From: an uncultured Chloroflexia bacterium
GTDB lineage: Bacteria; Chloroflexota; Limnocylindria; Limnocylindrales; CSP1-4
Length of the DNA stretch: 64,000 nucleotides
NCBI GenBank assembly: GCA_963800275.1
Contig: CAWDAI010000013.1
Span: forward strand, 69,403-133,402
Direction: 5' to 3'
Part shown: piece after piece, positions 1-8,936 of the stretch
Layout: every line of letters starts with the position of its first letter
Numbering within the stretch: position 1 is the first letter of the stretch
Translations under genes and position numbers: made by a program
The notes under the pieces: model-generated
Told to the model about the DNA's origin: nothing
Database searches by the model: none
Seen by the model: only the letters and a program-made list of their open reading frames with translations

Positions 1-116
1 CAGTCGGCGTCGTCCGGGTGTGGACGCGCGGGTATCCGCTCTGGGCCCTGGGAACCGGCAAGGAGGATGCAGCGGTCCATCGTCGTGGGCAGCTTCGCGG
101 TGGTGCGCGACCGCGG

Positions 117-491
117 CTAGAAGGTACCTTCGTCCGGCTCCGGCGCACCGCTGCTCGTGGGCAGTCCCGCCTGGTACCAGGCCATGATGCCGCCGGTCAC
201 GTTGGTCACGTTCTCGAAGCCGTTGGCGGCCAGGAACTGGGTCGCGTTCTGGCTGCGCGCGCCGGTCCGGCACATGAGCAGGATCTCGCGATCCCGCGGC
301 AGGTCCTTGACGCGGCCGTTCAGCTGGCCCAGCGGCAGCAGGACCGCGCCCTTGGCCCGGATCTGGGCGTACTCGTTGGGCTCACGGACATCGAGGATGA
401 GGGCGCCGGTCTCGCCACCCTGTAGTTCGGCCGCCTCCTGCACGGAGACAGAAGGCACACCCGGCCCCATCAGGCTGCGAAGGAAGGACAT
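117..491 (-). CDS. Rhodanese-like sulfurtransferase domain protein (124 aa)
   Basis: The translation is a single rhodanese domain with active-site loop CRTGARS and ILDVREPNEY context. GGAG lies about 7 nt upstream of the ATG at 491. Confidence 0.85.
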   Translation of the reverse strand: MSFLRSLMGPGVPSVSVQEAAELQGGETGALILDVREPNEYAQIRAKGAVLLPLGQLNGRVKDLPRDREILLMCRTGARSQNATQFLAANGFENVTNVTGGIMAWYQAGLPTSSGAPEPDEGTF

Positions 492-573
492 GGTTGCTCC
501 AGCTGGTCGGTGCTGTGGATCGTCGGGTCCGCCAGCGGGACGGGAGGTCCGCCGCGGACGTCGGACGAGCGTA

Positions 574-1080
574 CTACGGCTCGCGCCTGTCGTGGTCCGG
601 CCGGTTGCCGCGCGACACGGTCAGGGCTACGACCGAGCCTTCGGCCACGAGCGTGTCGGCAGCAGGACGGGTGGAGATGATGTGGCCGGCGGCGATCGCG
701 TTCGAACGCTGGCGCCCGCCGACGAGCGGCACGAAGCCGAGCCAGCTCAGGTGCTCGAGGGCGGCGCCGAGGTCCATGCCCGTGACGTCGAGGATGTGCG
801 CCTGCGGGCGGCCGGAGACCACGACCTGCACGCGTGTCCCGCGGCGTACACGGGCGCTCGGCCCGGGTCGCTGGTCAAGCACCATGCCCCAGGGTCCGAC
901 CCGTGTCTCCCACACGCTGACCGCCAGGTGGATGCCGGCTGCCCGAGCGAGCTGATGCGCTGCGGGTGCCTCGAGCCCGATGAGGTCCGGGACGAGGCAG
1001 GGGGTCCCCGATACCTGTGGCCCAGGTGCACGCGCCGGTCCGATGGGAGCGGTCACGGGAGTCGCTTCCTCGAACGTCAT
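574..1080 (-). CDS. Stand-alone PASTA-domain protein (168 aa)
   Basis: Two tandem PASTA-like repeats of about 65 aa (VPDLIGLEAPAAHQLARAAG...; ILDVTGMDLGAALEHLSWLGF...). No kinase or transpeptidase domain is attached. Confidence 0.65.
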   Translation of the reverse strand: MTFEEATPVTAPIGPARAPGPQVSGTPCLVPDLIGLEAPAAHQLARAAGIHLAVSVWETRVGPWGMVLDQRPGPSARVRRGTRVQVVVSGRPQAHILDVTGMDLGAALEHLSWLGFVPLVGGRQRSNAIAAGHIISTRPAADTLVAEGSVVALTVSRGNRPDHDRREP

Positions 1081-1576
1081 GGATGCTGCGGCCCGCGACG
1101 TCGGGAGCCGGCAGGGGAGCAGCGGGCTGGGCGGTAGGGAACGTCACAGCTGGCTGCGACGGACACATCGTCACGATGCGTCGCCATCGATGGGGACCTC
1201 GATCGCGGCCGTGTCGCTCATGACCCCGGGTGGTCGGAATGCGCACGGCGATCCACGAGCGAATGTACACCTTCCGGGTACGTGGCGACGCCTCGGTTCG
1301 TGTGACGGATCGATCACTCGAACTTCACCATCGGTGCGCTCGTTCCCTGCCAGCATCGCCCACGGCGGGCGGCAGCGGCGCGTGCCGGTGCCCGTCGTGG
1401 GCCACGCGCTCGTGCCGCGCGTGCGCTCCGCGCCCGATTTCCGCACGACCATCCGCCGCGTGGTCGTCGATCCTGCCCATACCGGCGACTGACCGACCGA
1501 CCGCGCGAGACGACCGCGACCGGAAGGCCGCGCGGGGGGCCACCACGCCGACCGGCCCTGACGCTAAATTCGGGCC

Positions 1577-2734
1577 ATGCGCTTGGCCCGGCGGATGGAG
1601 CAGCTCGGCACCGAGAGTGCCCTGAGCGTCGGCGAGCGCGTCCGGGAGCTGGTCGCGAACGGCCATGACGTCATCACGCTGCATATCGGTGAACCGGATC
1701 TCGATACGCCACCCAACGTGATCGAGGCTGCCTGCCGGGCGCTCGCTGACGGTGCCACTCGCTATCCCCCGCCAGCCGGCCTGCCCGCCCTGCGCGAGGC
1801 TATCGCCGTGGATTCCGTTCGTCGCCGCGGTGGCGAGACGTCCCCCGCCCAGGTCGTCGTCACGCCCGGCGCCAAGCCCGTGGTGGCGCTCGCGCTCATG
1901 GTCATCGCCGATCCTGGCAGCGAGGTCATCGTGCCCGACCCGGGCTTCCCGACCTACGCCTCGATGGCTCGTGCGCTCGGTGTCACGCCGGTTCCGCTCG
2001 CGCTGCGCGCGGAGAACGACTTCCGGATCGACCTCGATGCGTTGCGCGCGGCGGTCACGCCGCGCACCCGGATGCTCGTGCTCAACAGCCCGCACAACCC
2101 GACTGGCGGCATCCTGGGCCGGTCCGATCTGAAGGCTGTGGCCGCGGTGGCCATGGCCAACGACATCGTCGTGCTCAGCGACGAGATCTACGGCCGGCTG
2201 GCCTACGACGCGCACGCGGAGTCCATCCTTGCCGTCGACGGCATGGCCGAACACGCGATCGTGCTTGACGGCGTGTCCAAGACCTACGCCATGACCGGCT
2301 GGCGCCTGGGCTGGGCCATCGTGCCCCGGCGGCTCGCCGAGCCCTTCGAGCGGCTCGTCATCAACACCTTCACGGGCACCGCTCCGCACGTGCAGCTGGC
2401 AGCCGTGGAAGCGCTCACCGGTCCGCAGACCGCCGTCGACGAGATGGTGGCCGAGTTCCGGGCCAGGCGCTCGCTGCTGGTGGACGGCCTGCGGGCCTTG
2501 CCGGGCCTGGATGTGCCCATGCCGGCGGGGGCCTTCTACGTGTTCCCGGACGTCAGCGGCACGGGCATGGATGGGGACGAGTTCGCCGAGCGGCTGCTCA
2601 TGGAGGCCGGCGTGAGCGTGCTCGCGGGATCGGGCTTCGGCGAAGTCGGGCGCGATCACGTGAGGATCTCGTATGCCAGCTCCCGCGAGGACCTGCGGCG
2701 GGCGCTGGAGCGGATGGCGCGATCGCTGCGCTGA
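1577..2734 (+). CDS. Class I/II pyridoxal-phosphate aminotransferase (aspartate aminotransferase-like)
   Basis: 385-aa ORF with the PLP-lysine motif SKTYAMTGWRLGW, NSPHNPTG, and the typical N-terminal ...ITLHIGEPDLDTP. TAAATT at 1565-1570 lies 6 nt before the ATG, suggesting a leaderless-type promoter. Confidence 0.9.
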   Translation: MRLARRMEQLGTESALSVGERVRELVANGHDVITLHIGEPDLDTPPNVIEAACRALADGATRYPPPAGLPALREAIAVDSVRRRGGETSPAQVVVTPGAKPVVALALMVIADPGSEVIVPDPGFPTYASMARALGVTPVPLALRAENDFRIDLDALRAAVTPRTRMLVLNSPHNPTGGILGRSDLKAVAAVAMANDIVVLSDEIYGRLAYDAHAESILAVDGMAEHAIVLDGVSKTYAMTGWRLGWAIVPRRLAEPFERLVINTFTGTAPHVQLAAVEALTGPQTAVDEMVAEFRARRSLLVDGLRALPGLDVPMPAGAFYVFPDVSGTGMDGDEFAERLLMEAGVSVLAGSGFGEVGRDHVRISYASSREDLRRALERMARSLR

Positions 2735-2744
2735 TCCGATTGAC

Positions 2745-2764
2745 CCGCGCTCAGCCGAGCGCGG
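2745..2764. terminator. GC-rich hairpin between convergent genes
   Basis: CCGCGCTC (2745-2752), loop AGCC, GAGCGCGG (2757-2764). It overlaps the stop codon of the minus-strand gene. No U tract. Confidence 0.4.
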
Positions 2765-3266
2765 CCAGCACCTCCCGCGCCGCGGCCTTGGGAGTGCGCT
2801 CGTCGGTCTCCACGGTCACCGTGGCCAGGTCCAGGTAGATGGCGTCACGCTCGCCGAAGCGCGCCCCAAGCCAGTCGAGGTCGGTGGCGTCTTCCCGGCG
2901 GCCAGCGCCGGCGCCGATCCGGGCACGCAGCGTCTCCGGCTGCGCGCGCAGGTACACCACCGCCGGCGTCCGGCGCAGCAGGTCCGCCGAGCCCGGGTCC
3001 ATCACCACCCAGGCGGCAGCGGCCGCGATCAACGGGGCGGGCAGGGAGAGGGCGTAGCGCAGCGCACGCGCCTCCGCCGCATGGAGCGCGGCGGTCCCAT
3101 CGACGGCGTCGATCTCCTCGGCTGGCCGGCCGCAGGCGTGGAGCACGAGGCGGTCATTGTCGAGGTAGGGCCAGCCGGTGAGCGCGGCCAGCGCCTAGCC
3201 GACCGTGGTCTTGCCGGCGCCCATCATGCCTAGCAGGACGACGATGGGACCGGCGACGTGCTCCAT
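2751..3266 (-). pseudogene. Shikimate kinase-like P-loop kinase interrupted by an in-frame TAG
   Basis: The minus strand from ATG 3266 reads MEHVAGPIVVLLGMMGAGKTTVG, then TAG (3195-3197), then ALAALTGWPYLDNDRLV... in the same frame down to stop 2751. The stop sits where AroK-type kinases have the conserved Arg after the Walker A motif. Confidence 0.7.
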
Positions 3267-3335
3267 CGGTCGAAATCTAGCCGACGATCGCGGGCAGTGG
3301 GTCGCCCGCCCGCTGCTCCGCCCTACACTGGCGCG

Positions 3336-3671
3336 ATGCTGTTCATCCGACTGGCTGGACTGTTCTTCGCCTTCGTGCAGATCACGCTGGCGCTACGGCT
3401 GGCGCTACCGTTCGTGGAGGTGCCGCCGGGTCTGGCGGACTATGTCCCCCCGCTCATCACCGTCACCGACCTGTGGCTGCTGCCGGTGCAGACCGTGGCC
3501 GAGCGGTTCGAGGTCAGCGGCGTGGCCACCGACCTCGTCGCGGTCGGGGACGCGGCCATCGACGGCCCGGACGCGTTCGAGCCGCTGGTCATCGTGGCCA
3601 TGGTCTTCTGGGGCCTGGTGGCCTGGTTCGTGCTCCACGTCATGCGGCTCATCTTCAGACCGGCGGGCTGA
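3336..3671 (+). CDS. YggT-like small membrane protein
   Basis: Two hydrophobic segments with LRLALPFV and ITVTDLWLLP spacing resembling the YggT family. I chose the start at MLFIRLAG, because the upstream Arg/Ser-rich extension of the 3258 ORF looks non-coding. Confidence 0.5.
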   Translation: MLFIRLAGLFFAFVQITLALRLALPFVEVPPGLADYVPPLITVTDLWLLPVQTVAERFEVSGVATDLVAVGDAAIDGPDAFEPLVIVAMVFWGLVAWFVLHVMRLIFRPAG

Positions 3672-3794
3672 GCCGCCCGCACGGGAAGCGGCTGCCGGGC
3701 GGGAAGTGGCCCCCGGGGCGGGTAGGGCGCGGTCACGGCCGGAGCGGTACCTTCGGGCCCGGTGCGGTGCGGTCATTACGGCCGTAATCTCGCG

Positions 3795-5300
3795 ATGATG
3801 GCCCGACCCAGCTCCGTCGCATCCGCGACGACCGACCCTCCGCCCGTCGCCGCCCCACGCTGGGCGATCAGCCGAGGCGGGCTCTTCGCCTTCCTCGCGG
3901 TCCTGCTGCCTGCCGCTGCCTCACTGCTCGCGCCGGTGCTGACCACCGACATCTCGTACCACATCGCCACCGGTCGCCTGCTGCTGGAGGAGGGGGCCAT
4001 CCCGCGATCGGACCCCTTCACCTTCACCGCCTTCGGCGAGTCGTGGCTCAACCAGCAGTGGCTCGCGAGCGGGATCTTCGCAGTCGCCTTCGATACGACC
4101 GGTTGGCTGGGCCTGCTGCTCCTGCGGGCGGTGCTCATCGGCCTCGCCTTCGGGCTGGTCTTCACGACCTGTCGCGCTGCCGGCTCGAACCGTCTCGTGT
4201 CGGCGCTGGTGACGCTGGCCGCGTTCGTGGTCGCTGCTCCCAACCTGGCCCTGCGCTCACAGCTGTTCGGCGTGCTCGCCTTCGCGGCGGTGCTCGCGCT
4301 GCTCGCCTGGCGGCGCAAGCATCCCCTGCTGCTGTGGCTCGTCCCGCTCGTCATGCTCGGTTGGGCCAACACCCACGGCTCGTTCTTCATGGGCTGGCTG
4401 GCCATCGGCCTGGCGGCGCTGGAGGACATCGTGGCGCGACGGCGTGCCGCGGTCGTGACAGTGGCTGTCGGGATCGTCTCGGTCATGGCGACCCTCCTCA
4501 ACCCCTGGGGGCTGGAGATGTGGCGCTACGTGATGCAGCTGACCGGCGACCCGCTCATCCGGTCACTGGTGACCGAGTGGCAGGCGCCGACGCTGCAGGA
4601 CCCGAGCGGCATCTTCTTCTTCGTCTCGGTCGGCCTCATGGTCCTGCTCCTGCTGATCCGCGGCCGGGTCCTGTCATGGCTCCAGCTGGCCTGGCTGGGC
4701 GGTCTCGTGGTCCTGGGCCTCATGGCCTCGCGCAACGTCGTCTGGTGGGCGCTGGGAGCAGCACCCCTGGCCGCTCTCCTGGTCAGCGGGCTGCGACTGC
4801 GCGGGCGTCGCCTGGGTGACGCCTCGGTCGATGCGCCACGCGGCGCCGGCTATACGGTCATGGCCGGGCTGGCCGCGATCCTCATCCTGTTGTTCCTGCC
4901 GGTGTGGAAGCCGGCCGACCCTCTCTACGGGCCAGCGGGCGTGGTGGCCGATGCGCCACGCGGTGTGACCGAGACCTTGCGGCGCGAGGCGACGCCGGGG
5001 GAGCGGCTCTACGCCGAGCAGCGCTGGGGCTCGTGGTTCGAGCAGGCCTTGCCGGACCTGCCGGTCATGGTCGACACCCGTATCGAGCTCTTCGACGCCG
5101 ATACCTGGGCCGACTACCTGCACGTCAAGGCCGGCCGTGCCGATTGGGCGTCGATCCTGGACCGCTGGGACGTCTCGCTGGTGGCGATCGCCGCCAGCGA
5201 TGACCAGCTCAGGCCGTTCCTCGCGGCCAGCCCCGGGTGGGAGCTAAGGTTCGCGGACGACGAGGGCGCCGCCTACCGACGCGTGGGGTCGTCCGACTGA
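3795..5300 (+). CDS. Large polytopic membrane protein, possible GT-C-type glycosyltransferase
   Basis: About 500 aa with many hydrophobic helices, an early loop ISYHIATGRLLLEEGAIPRSDPFTF, and a soluble C-terminal domain. No precise family recognised. Confidence 0.7.
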   Translation: MMARPSSVASATTDPPPVAAPRWAISRGGLFAFLAVLLPAAASLLAPVLTTDISYHIATGRLLLEEGAIPRSDPFTFTAFGESWLNQQWLASGIFAVAFDTTGWLGLLLLRAVLIGLAFGLVFTTCRAAGSNRLVSALVTLAAFVVAAPNLALRSQLFGVLAFAAVLALLAWRRKHPLLLWLVPLVMLGWANTHGSFFMGWLAIGLAALEDIVARRRAAVVTVAVGIVSVMATLLNPWGLEMWRYVMQLTGDPLIRSLVTEWQAPTLQDPSGIFFFVSVGLMVLLLLIRGRVLSWLQLAWLGGLVVLGLMASRNVVWWALGAAPLAALLVSGLRLRGRRLGDASVDAPRGAGYTVMAGLAAILILLFLPVWKPADPLYGPAGVVADAPRGVTETLRREATPGERLYAEQRWGSWFEQALPDLPVMVDTRIELFDADTWADYLHVKAGRADWASILDRWDVSLVAIAASDDQLRPFLAASPGWELRFADDEGAAYRRVGSSD

Positions 5301-5309
5301 CAGGATGCT

Positions 5310-5327
5310 CCGGCCCACTGGGGCCGG
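5310..5327. terminator. GC hairpin between convergent genes
   Basis: CCGGCCC (5310-5316), loop ACTG, GGGCCGG (5321-5327). It lies between stop 5300 (+) and stop 5330 (-). Confidence 0.4.
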
Positions 5328-5329
5328 GC

Positions 5330-5857
5330 TCAGTTGCTGGCCTGGCTCAGGACCTGTCGCAGCTCGGCGGTGTAGGTGCGGCCGGCCATGGTGCGACTCA
5401 ACCACTCGAGATAGTTGCGGTCGTAGGCTGCCACCTGCGACAGCGACCAGCCACGGTAGCGGCCGAAGGAGAGGACGCTGCCGGCCGCCGGCGGGTAGCG
5501 GGGTGGGGGACCAGCATCGCCGTAGCGAGCCTGCGCCGGGGTCGGCTCGGCGCTCGAGCGTACGGACCAGGTGCCAGCCTCGTACTTGAGGTTGGTGGCC
5601 CCGGGCATCGATGGGCGCGCGTGGCCGGCGATCTCACCAGACGGGGTCTTGCCCAGGATCTCGTCGTAGCGCGCCCGCTTGTCCGGATCGCTGAGGATGG
5701 CGTAGGCCTCGTTGATGCGGGCCATCTCCGTTGCGCCCTCCGGACCGGCGTGGTCCGGGTGATAGCGCTTGGCGAGCGCCCGATACGCCGCGTTGATCAC
5801 GTCGATCGTGGCGCTCGGGTGCAGCATCAGCACCTCGTACATCGTCCGCTCAGCCAT
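5330..5857 (-). CDS. J-domain (DnaJ-like) protein with a DUF3820-like C-terminal motif
   Basis: YEVLMLHPSATIDVINAAYRALAKRYHPDH carries the HPD tripeptide. The C-terminus FGRYRGWSLSQVAAYDRNYLEWL resembles the exonuclease-X-C/DUF3820 motif. Start taken at MAERTMYEVL, with TACTGT 6 nt upstream (leaderless-type). Confidence 0.8.
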   Translation of the reverse strand: MAERTMYEVLMLHPSATIDVINAAYRALAKRYHPDHAGPEGATEMARINEAYAILSDPDKRARYDEILGKTPSGEIAGHARPSMPGATNLKYEAGTWSVRSSAEPTPAQARYGDAGPPPRYPPAAGSVLSFGRYRGWSLSQVAAYDRNYLEWLSRTMAGRTYTAELRQVLSQASN

Positions 5858-5959
5858 GTGGTGACAGTAACGCGGCTTGGCATACGGTCGTACTGGCCCT
5901 TTCGTCTGGTACCCACTGACCCGCAACGGTCAGCGCCGCACCAGGGGGCACAGTGTCCG

Positions 5960-7045
5960 TCAGGCGAAGGATGGGGTCGTCACCAGCATCTCGACCTCGC
6001 CACGGATGACCATCGGTGCTGTGCCGCCGAGGACCGCGAAGGTATCGCCGGCTGCGATCTCGAGAGCGCCGTGGGCCGTCTCGGCGACGCCGCTGCCGCC
6101 AGTCACGACGTTGACCGCGTACCGACCGGCGTGCGGCCAGTCGACCTGGCCCTCGACCACGAGCCGGAAGCCCTTGAAGAAGGGGTCGCTCTGGGCGCCC
6201 CAGACGTCTTCCTCGGACCACCCCTCGCGCGCACTGCCCGCGACCCGCTCGGGCCGCCGGCACAGGCTCTTGAGCTCATCGGCGGTCACGGTGCCGCGGT
6301 CGATGATGTCGATCATGGTGTCCCAGCCGACGCCCATGTGCGCCTCCTCGGGCGTGATCGGATAGCCGACCCGCTCGGCTACGATGCTGAAGTCGGTCGG
6401 CTCCTGGGCCTCGACGAGGAAGACGCCCGCACCGGTCGCGTGCAGCAGGCCTGGTCGCACGAAGACCGCATCTCCGGGCCCGACCTCGACCTCGTTCATG
6501 GCTCCACGCAGGGCCTCGACGTCCTGCTCGATGATCCAGCTCATCAGACGGTCGCGTGAGACATCCTCGCGGAAGCCGAGCCAGATGCGAGGGGATGGCG
6601 CGCCCTTGACCTGGCGGGTGGCGACCACGGCCCAGGCCTCGGCCTTGCCGAACTGCGAGTGGAAGATGCGGCGAGCCATGTCGCGTGTCGGGTGCACATG
6701 GAGTGGCAGCCGCGAGCCCGCGTCGAGCAGCTTCACCAACAGGGCCGTGGTCTGGCCATAGCGCTCCACGATCTCGGCCCCGGCCACGTCGCGTGGCCGC
6801 TCCTTGAGCAGGTCGGCGATGGCTACCGACCGACCACCGATCTCGACGGTGCTCAGGCCCTCGCCCTCGTACGTCTGTTCAGGCGGGTTGATGGCGGGGG
6901 TCACCGACCCGACCCAGTCCTCCGGATGATCCGTGTCCCGGGGCTGGGGCGAGCCCCGGAAGCGGTCCATGAGCAGGCCGCCCTCGTAGAACCGATAGAC
7001 CCGGTTGGGGCCCAGGCGAAGTGGAAGTCGAAGCAGCTCGTCCAT
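5960..7045 (-). CDS. manA: Class I mannose-6-phosphate isomerase
   Basis: 361 aa with LVKLLDAGSRLPLHVHP, the FGKAEAWAVV cupin metal-site motifs, and a C-terminal beta domain typical of type I PMI. Confidence 0.75.
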   Translation of the reverse strand: MDELLRLPLRLGPNRVYRFYEGGLLMDRFRGSPQPRDTDHPEDWVGSVTPAINPPEQTYEGEGLSTVEIGGRSVAIADLLKERPRDVAGAEIVERYGQTTALLVKLLDAGSRLPLHVHPTRDMARRIFHSQFGKAEAWAVVATRQVKGAPSPRIWLGFREDVSRDRLMSWIIEQDVEALRGAMNEVEVGPGDAVFVRPGLLHATGAGVFLVEAQEPTDFSIVAERVGYPITPEEAHMGVGWDTMIDIIDRGTVTADELKSLCRRPERVAGSAREGWSEEDVWGAQSDPFFKGFRLVVEGQVDWPHAGRYAVNVVTGGSGVAETAHGALEIAAGDTFAVLGGTAPMVIRGEVEMLVTTPSFA

Positions 7046-7125
7046 CTCAGGAACGATGCCACATCGATCCGCTCGCGATCGGGCAGCCGTGCCTTGCCAA
7101 GGCCACGGCCCGTAGCCGCGGCGGC

Positions 7126-7779
7126 CTACTCGGCGGGTGCCTCCGATGGCGCCGCGGACGGCTCCTCTGCCGCGACCATGTCGGTGAACACGGCTGTCTG
7201 GGCGATGGCCTGGCCGAGGGCCTCGACATCGGCCGGGTTGGCGCAGGTCAACACGAACCGATCGTTGGTGCCGTCGTCATTGGCACGTTCGAAGAGGTAG
7301 TGGGTCCGGATCCGTGCGGTGACGGTGTCGAGGACCTCGATGCGGAAGGCGTGTCCGACCGGGATATCCGTCTCGGTCACGACCATGGGCACCTTGCCCA
7401 ACGTCTGCTGGAGGTGGGAGGCAAGCGCGAAGGTGTGCTGCTGCAGCGTTGCCGGCGCATCGAAGTAGACATCGACGTTGCACCACTGGCCGCCCTGGCC
7501 CATGGCATAGATCGCGGTGGTGGCCATGATCGGCTCGCCGTCGGGACCGGTGATCTCCGAGACCCGCTCGCCTTCCGGCAGGCTCAGGCGCCAGTCAGCG
7601 GGGAAGCTGAGGGTCAGGCCAACGTTCGGCGCCTCGATCGCCGCGGTCGCGTCCGGATCGAGGGTGGCCTGCGGGGCGGCCGGCGTGGGTTCCGCCGACG
7701 CTTCCTCGTCGGCAGCCAGCGCGGGCGCAGCACTGAGCGCGAGCAGCGCCGCGAGCAGGGTGGGGAGACTTCGTCGCAT
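7126..7779 (-). CDS. Secreted hypothetical protein
   Basis: Signal peptide MRRSLPTLLAALLALSAAPALA followed by a Pro/Ala-rich linker and a globular domain. No family recognised. Confidence 0.6.
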   Translation of the reverse strand: MRRSLPTLLAALLALSAAPALAADEEASAEPTPAAPQATLDPDATAAIEAPNVGLTLSFPADWRLSLPEGERVSEITGPDGEPIMATTAIYAMGQGGQWCNVDVYFDAPATLQQHTFALASHLQQTLGKVPMVVTETDIPVGHAFRIEVLDTVTARIRTHYLFERANDDGTNDRFVLTCANPADVEALGQAIAQTAVFTDMVAAEEPSAAPSEAPAE

Positions 7780-7908
7780 GGATGGACCTCGCTTCAGGGT
7801 GATGGTGCAATTCTCCGCTTCCTTCGCATCCCGTCAAGCGGCCCCTCGGCGGGCGTGCGGGAGCCGGCGGCAACCATCGGAAGACGCCAACTGCGAGAAT
7901 GGTGCCCG

Positions 7909-7984
7909 GGGCCGGTAGCTCAGCGGTCAGAGCAGGGGACTTTTAATCCCTGTGTCCTGGGTTCGAATCCCAGCCGGCTCACCA
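7909..7984 (+). tRNA. tRNA-Lys (anticodon UUU), CCA encoded
   Basis: Manual cloverleaf. The acceptor GGGCCGG/CCGGCTC has one G-U pair. D arm is GCTC/GAGC. The anticodon stem GGGGA/TCCCT carries loop CTTTTAA. T arm is CTGGG-TTCGAAT-CCCAG. Discriminator A plus CCA. Confidence 0.9.
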
Positions 7985-8198
7985 CTCGTTCCGGGCGTTC
8001 GTGATGCGAGGTTATCTCTCCTGCGTGCGGTCTCGCGATGGCGGCTGACAGCCACGTTGACAGCCGCGTGGGACGAACGTCATCAGCTCCACAGACCCCA
8101 GCTCACCACCAATCGGGCTGGGGGCGATCCAGCAGGCACCAACCGAACTTCGCATAGCGATACTCTGGGAGCCATCCGACGTCAACGAGCTGATCACC

Positions 8199-8936
8199 AT
8201 GCCCGAGTCCACCAAGTCGATCGAGAGCGGCACCAGCCCAGGGTTCGACGACCCGAAGCAGACCATCATCGATGTATGGGTGGCGGCCGTCGACGGCTCG
8301 CTGTCGGCTGAGGCCGGCATGGCGCTCCTCGCCGCCGATGAGCAGGCGCGCGCGCGTCGACTGCGCTTTGCACGGGATCGCGCCTGCTTCGTGAACCGCC
8401 GTCTCTTCCTGCGTGAGGTTCTGGCACGGTATCTGGACTGCGATCCGAGCAGTCTGCGGTTCGTTGCCTCTGCCAACGGCCGGCCGGAACTCGTCGGCCA
8501 TCATCGGGTTTCCTTCAACGCGTCGCACTCTCCGACGACTGCCGTCGTGGCCGTTACGTACGGACAGTCAGTCGGTGTCGATGTCGAGCGACTCCGACAC
8601 GTGTCCGACGCGCTTGACGTCGCGGAGAACACCTTCACGCTCAATGAGCTCGAGTCTCTGCGCTTGTCGCCGGAGAGTATGCGGTCGGCCACCTTCCTAC
8701 AACTCTGGACACGCAAGGAGGCCGTTCTCAAGGCAGCCGGAATCGGGCTTCGGACGCCGCTCTCGGAGCTCGACGTCTCGTGCATCGATGACACCGGGAT
8801 CGGTCACATAGCCGGATCGACCGACGTATCGCCCCATGTCTACACCGATCTCGTGGATATCCCCAGACACGTCGGCGCCATCGCGATCGCCGGTGAGCAC
8901 GTTCATCCAGTTGTCCGCGTGATGGAGGTGGTATGA
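8199..8936 (+). CDS. Sfp-type 4'-phosphopantetheinyl transferase
   Basis: Motifs FNASHS, GVDVE and FLQLWTRKEAVLKAAG, plus the typical N-terminal DEQARARRLRF. Confidence 0.85.
   Translation: MPESTKSIESGTSPGFDDPKQTIIDVWVAAVDGSLSAEAGMALLAADEQARARRLRFARDRACFVNRRLFLREVLARYLDCDPSSLRFVASANGRPELVGHHRVSFNASHSPTTAVVAVTYGQSVGVDVERLRHVSDALDVAENTFTLNELESLRLSPESMRSATFLQLWTRKEAVLKAAGIGLRTPLSELDVSCIDDTGIGHIAGSTDVSPHVYTDLVDIPRHVGAIAIAGEHVHPVVRVMEVV

Noticed and set aside
1-120. Possible 3' end of a plus-strand gene at the window edge (...IVVGSFAVVRDRG, then TAG at 118-120)
   Set aside because: The frame is open from position 1 with high third-position GC. It is only 39 codons, has no recognisable motif, and the gene body lies outside the window.
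1081-1576. About 500-bp gap between the PASTA gene and the aminotransferase. I looked for a small gene, riboswitch or sRNA.
   Set aside because: The listed ORFs there (1171-1452, 1230-1625 and others) are Arg/Pro-rich and mutually overlapping. I could not recognise a conserved RNA fold by eye. I left it unannotated, apart from the TAAATT -10-like element.
3258-3335. N-terminal extension of the YggT-like ORF (MLHRSKSSRRSRAVGRPPAAPPYTGA)
   Set aside because: It is basic and low-complexity, and its first codons overlap the start region (3258-3266) of the divergently oriented kinase-like gene. The internal ATG at 3336 begins directly with the first TM helix.
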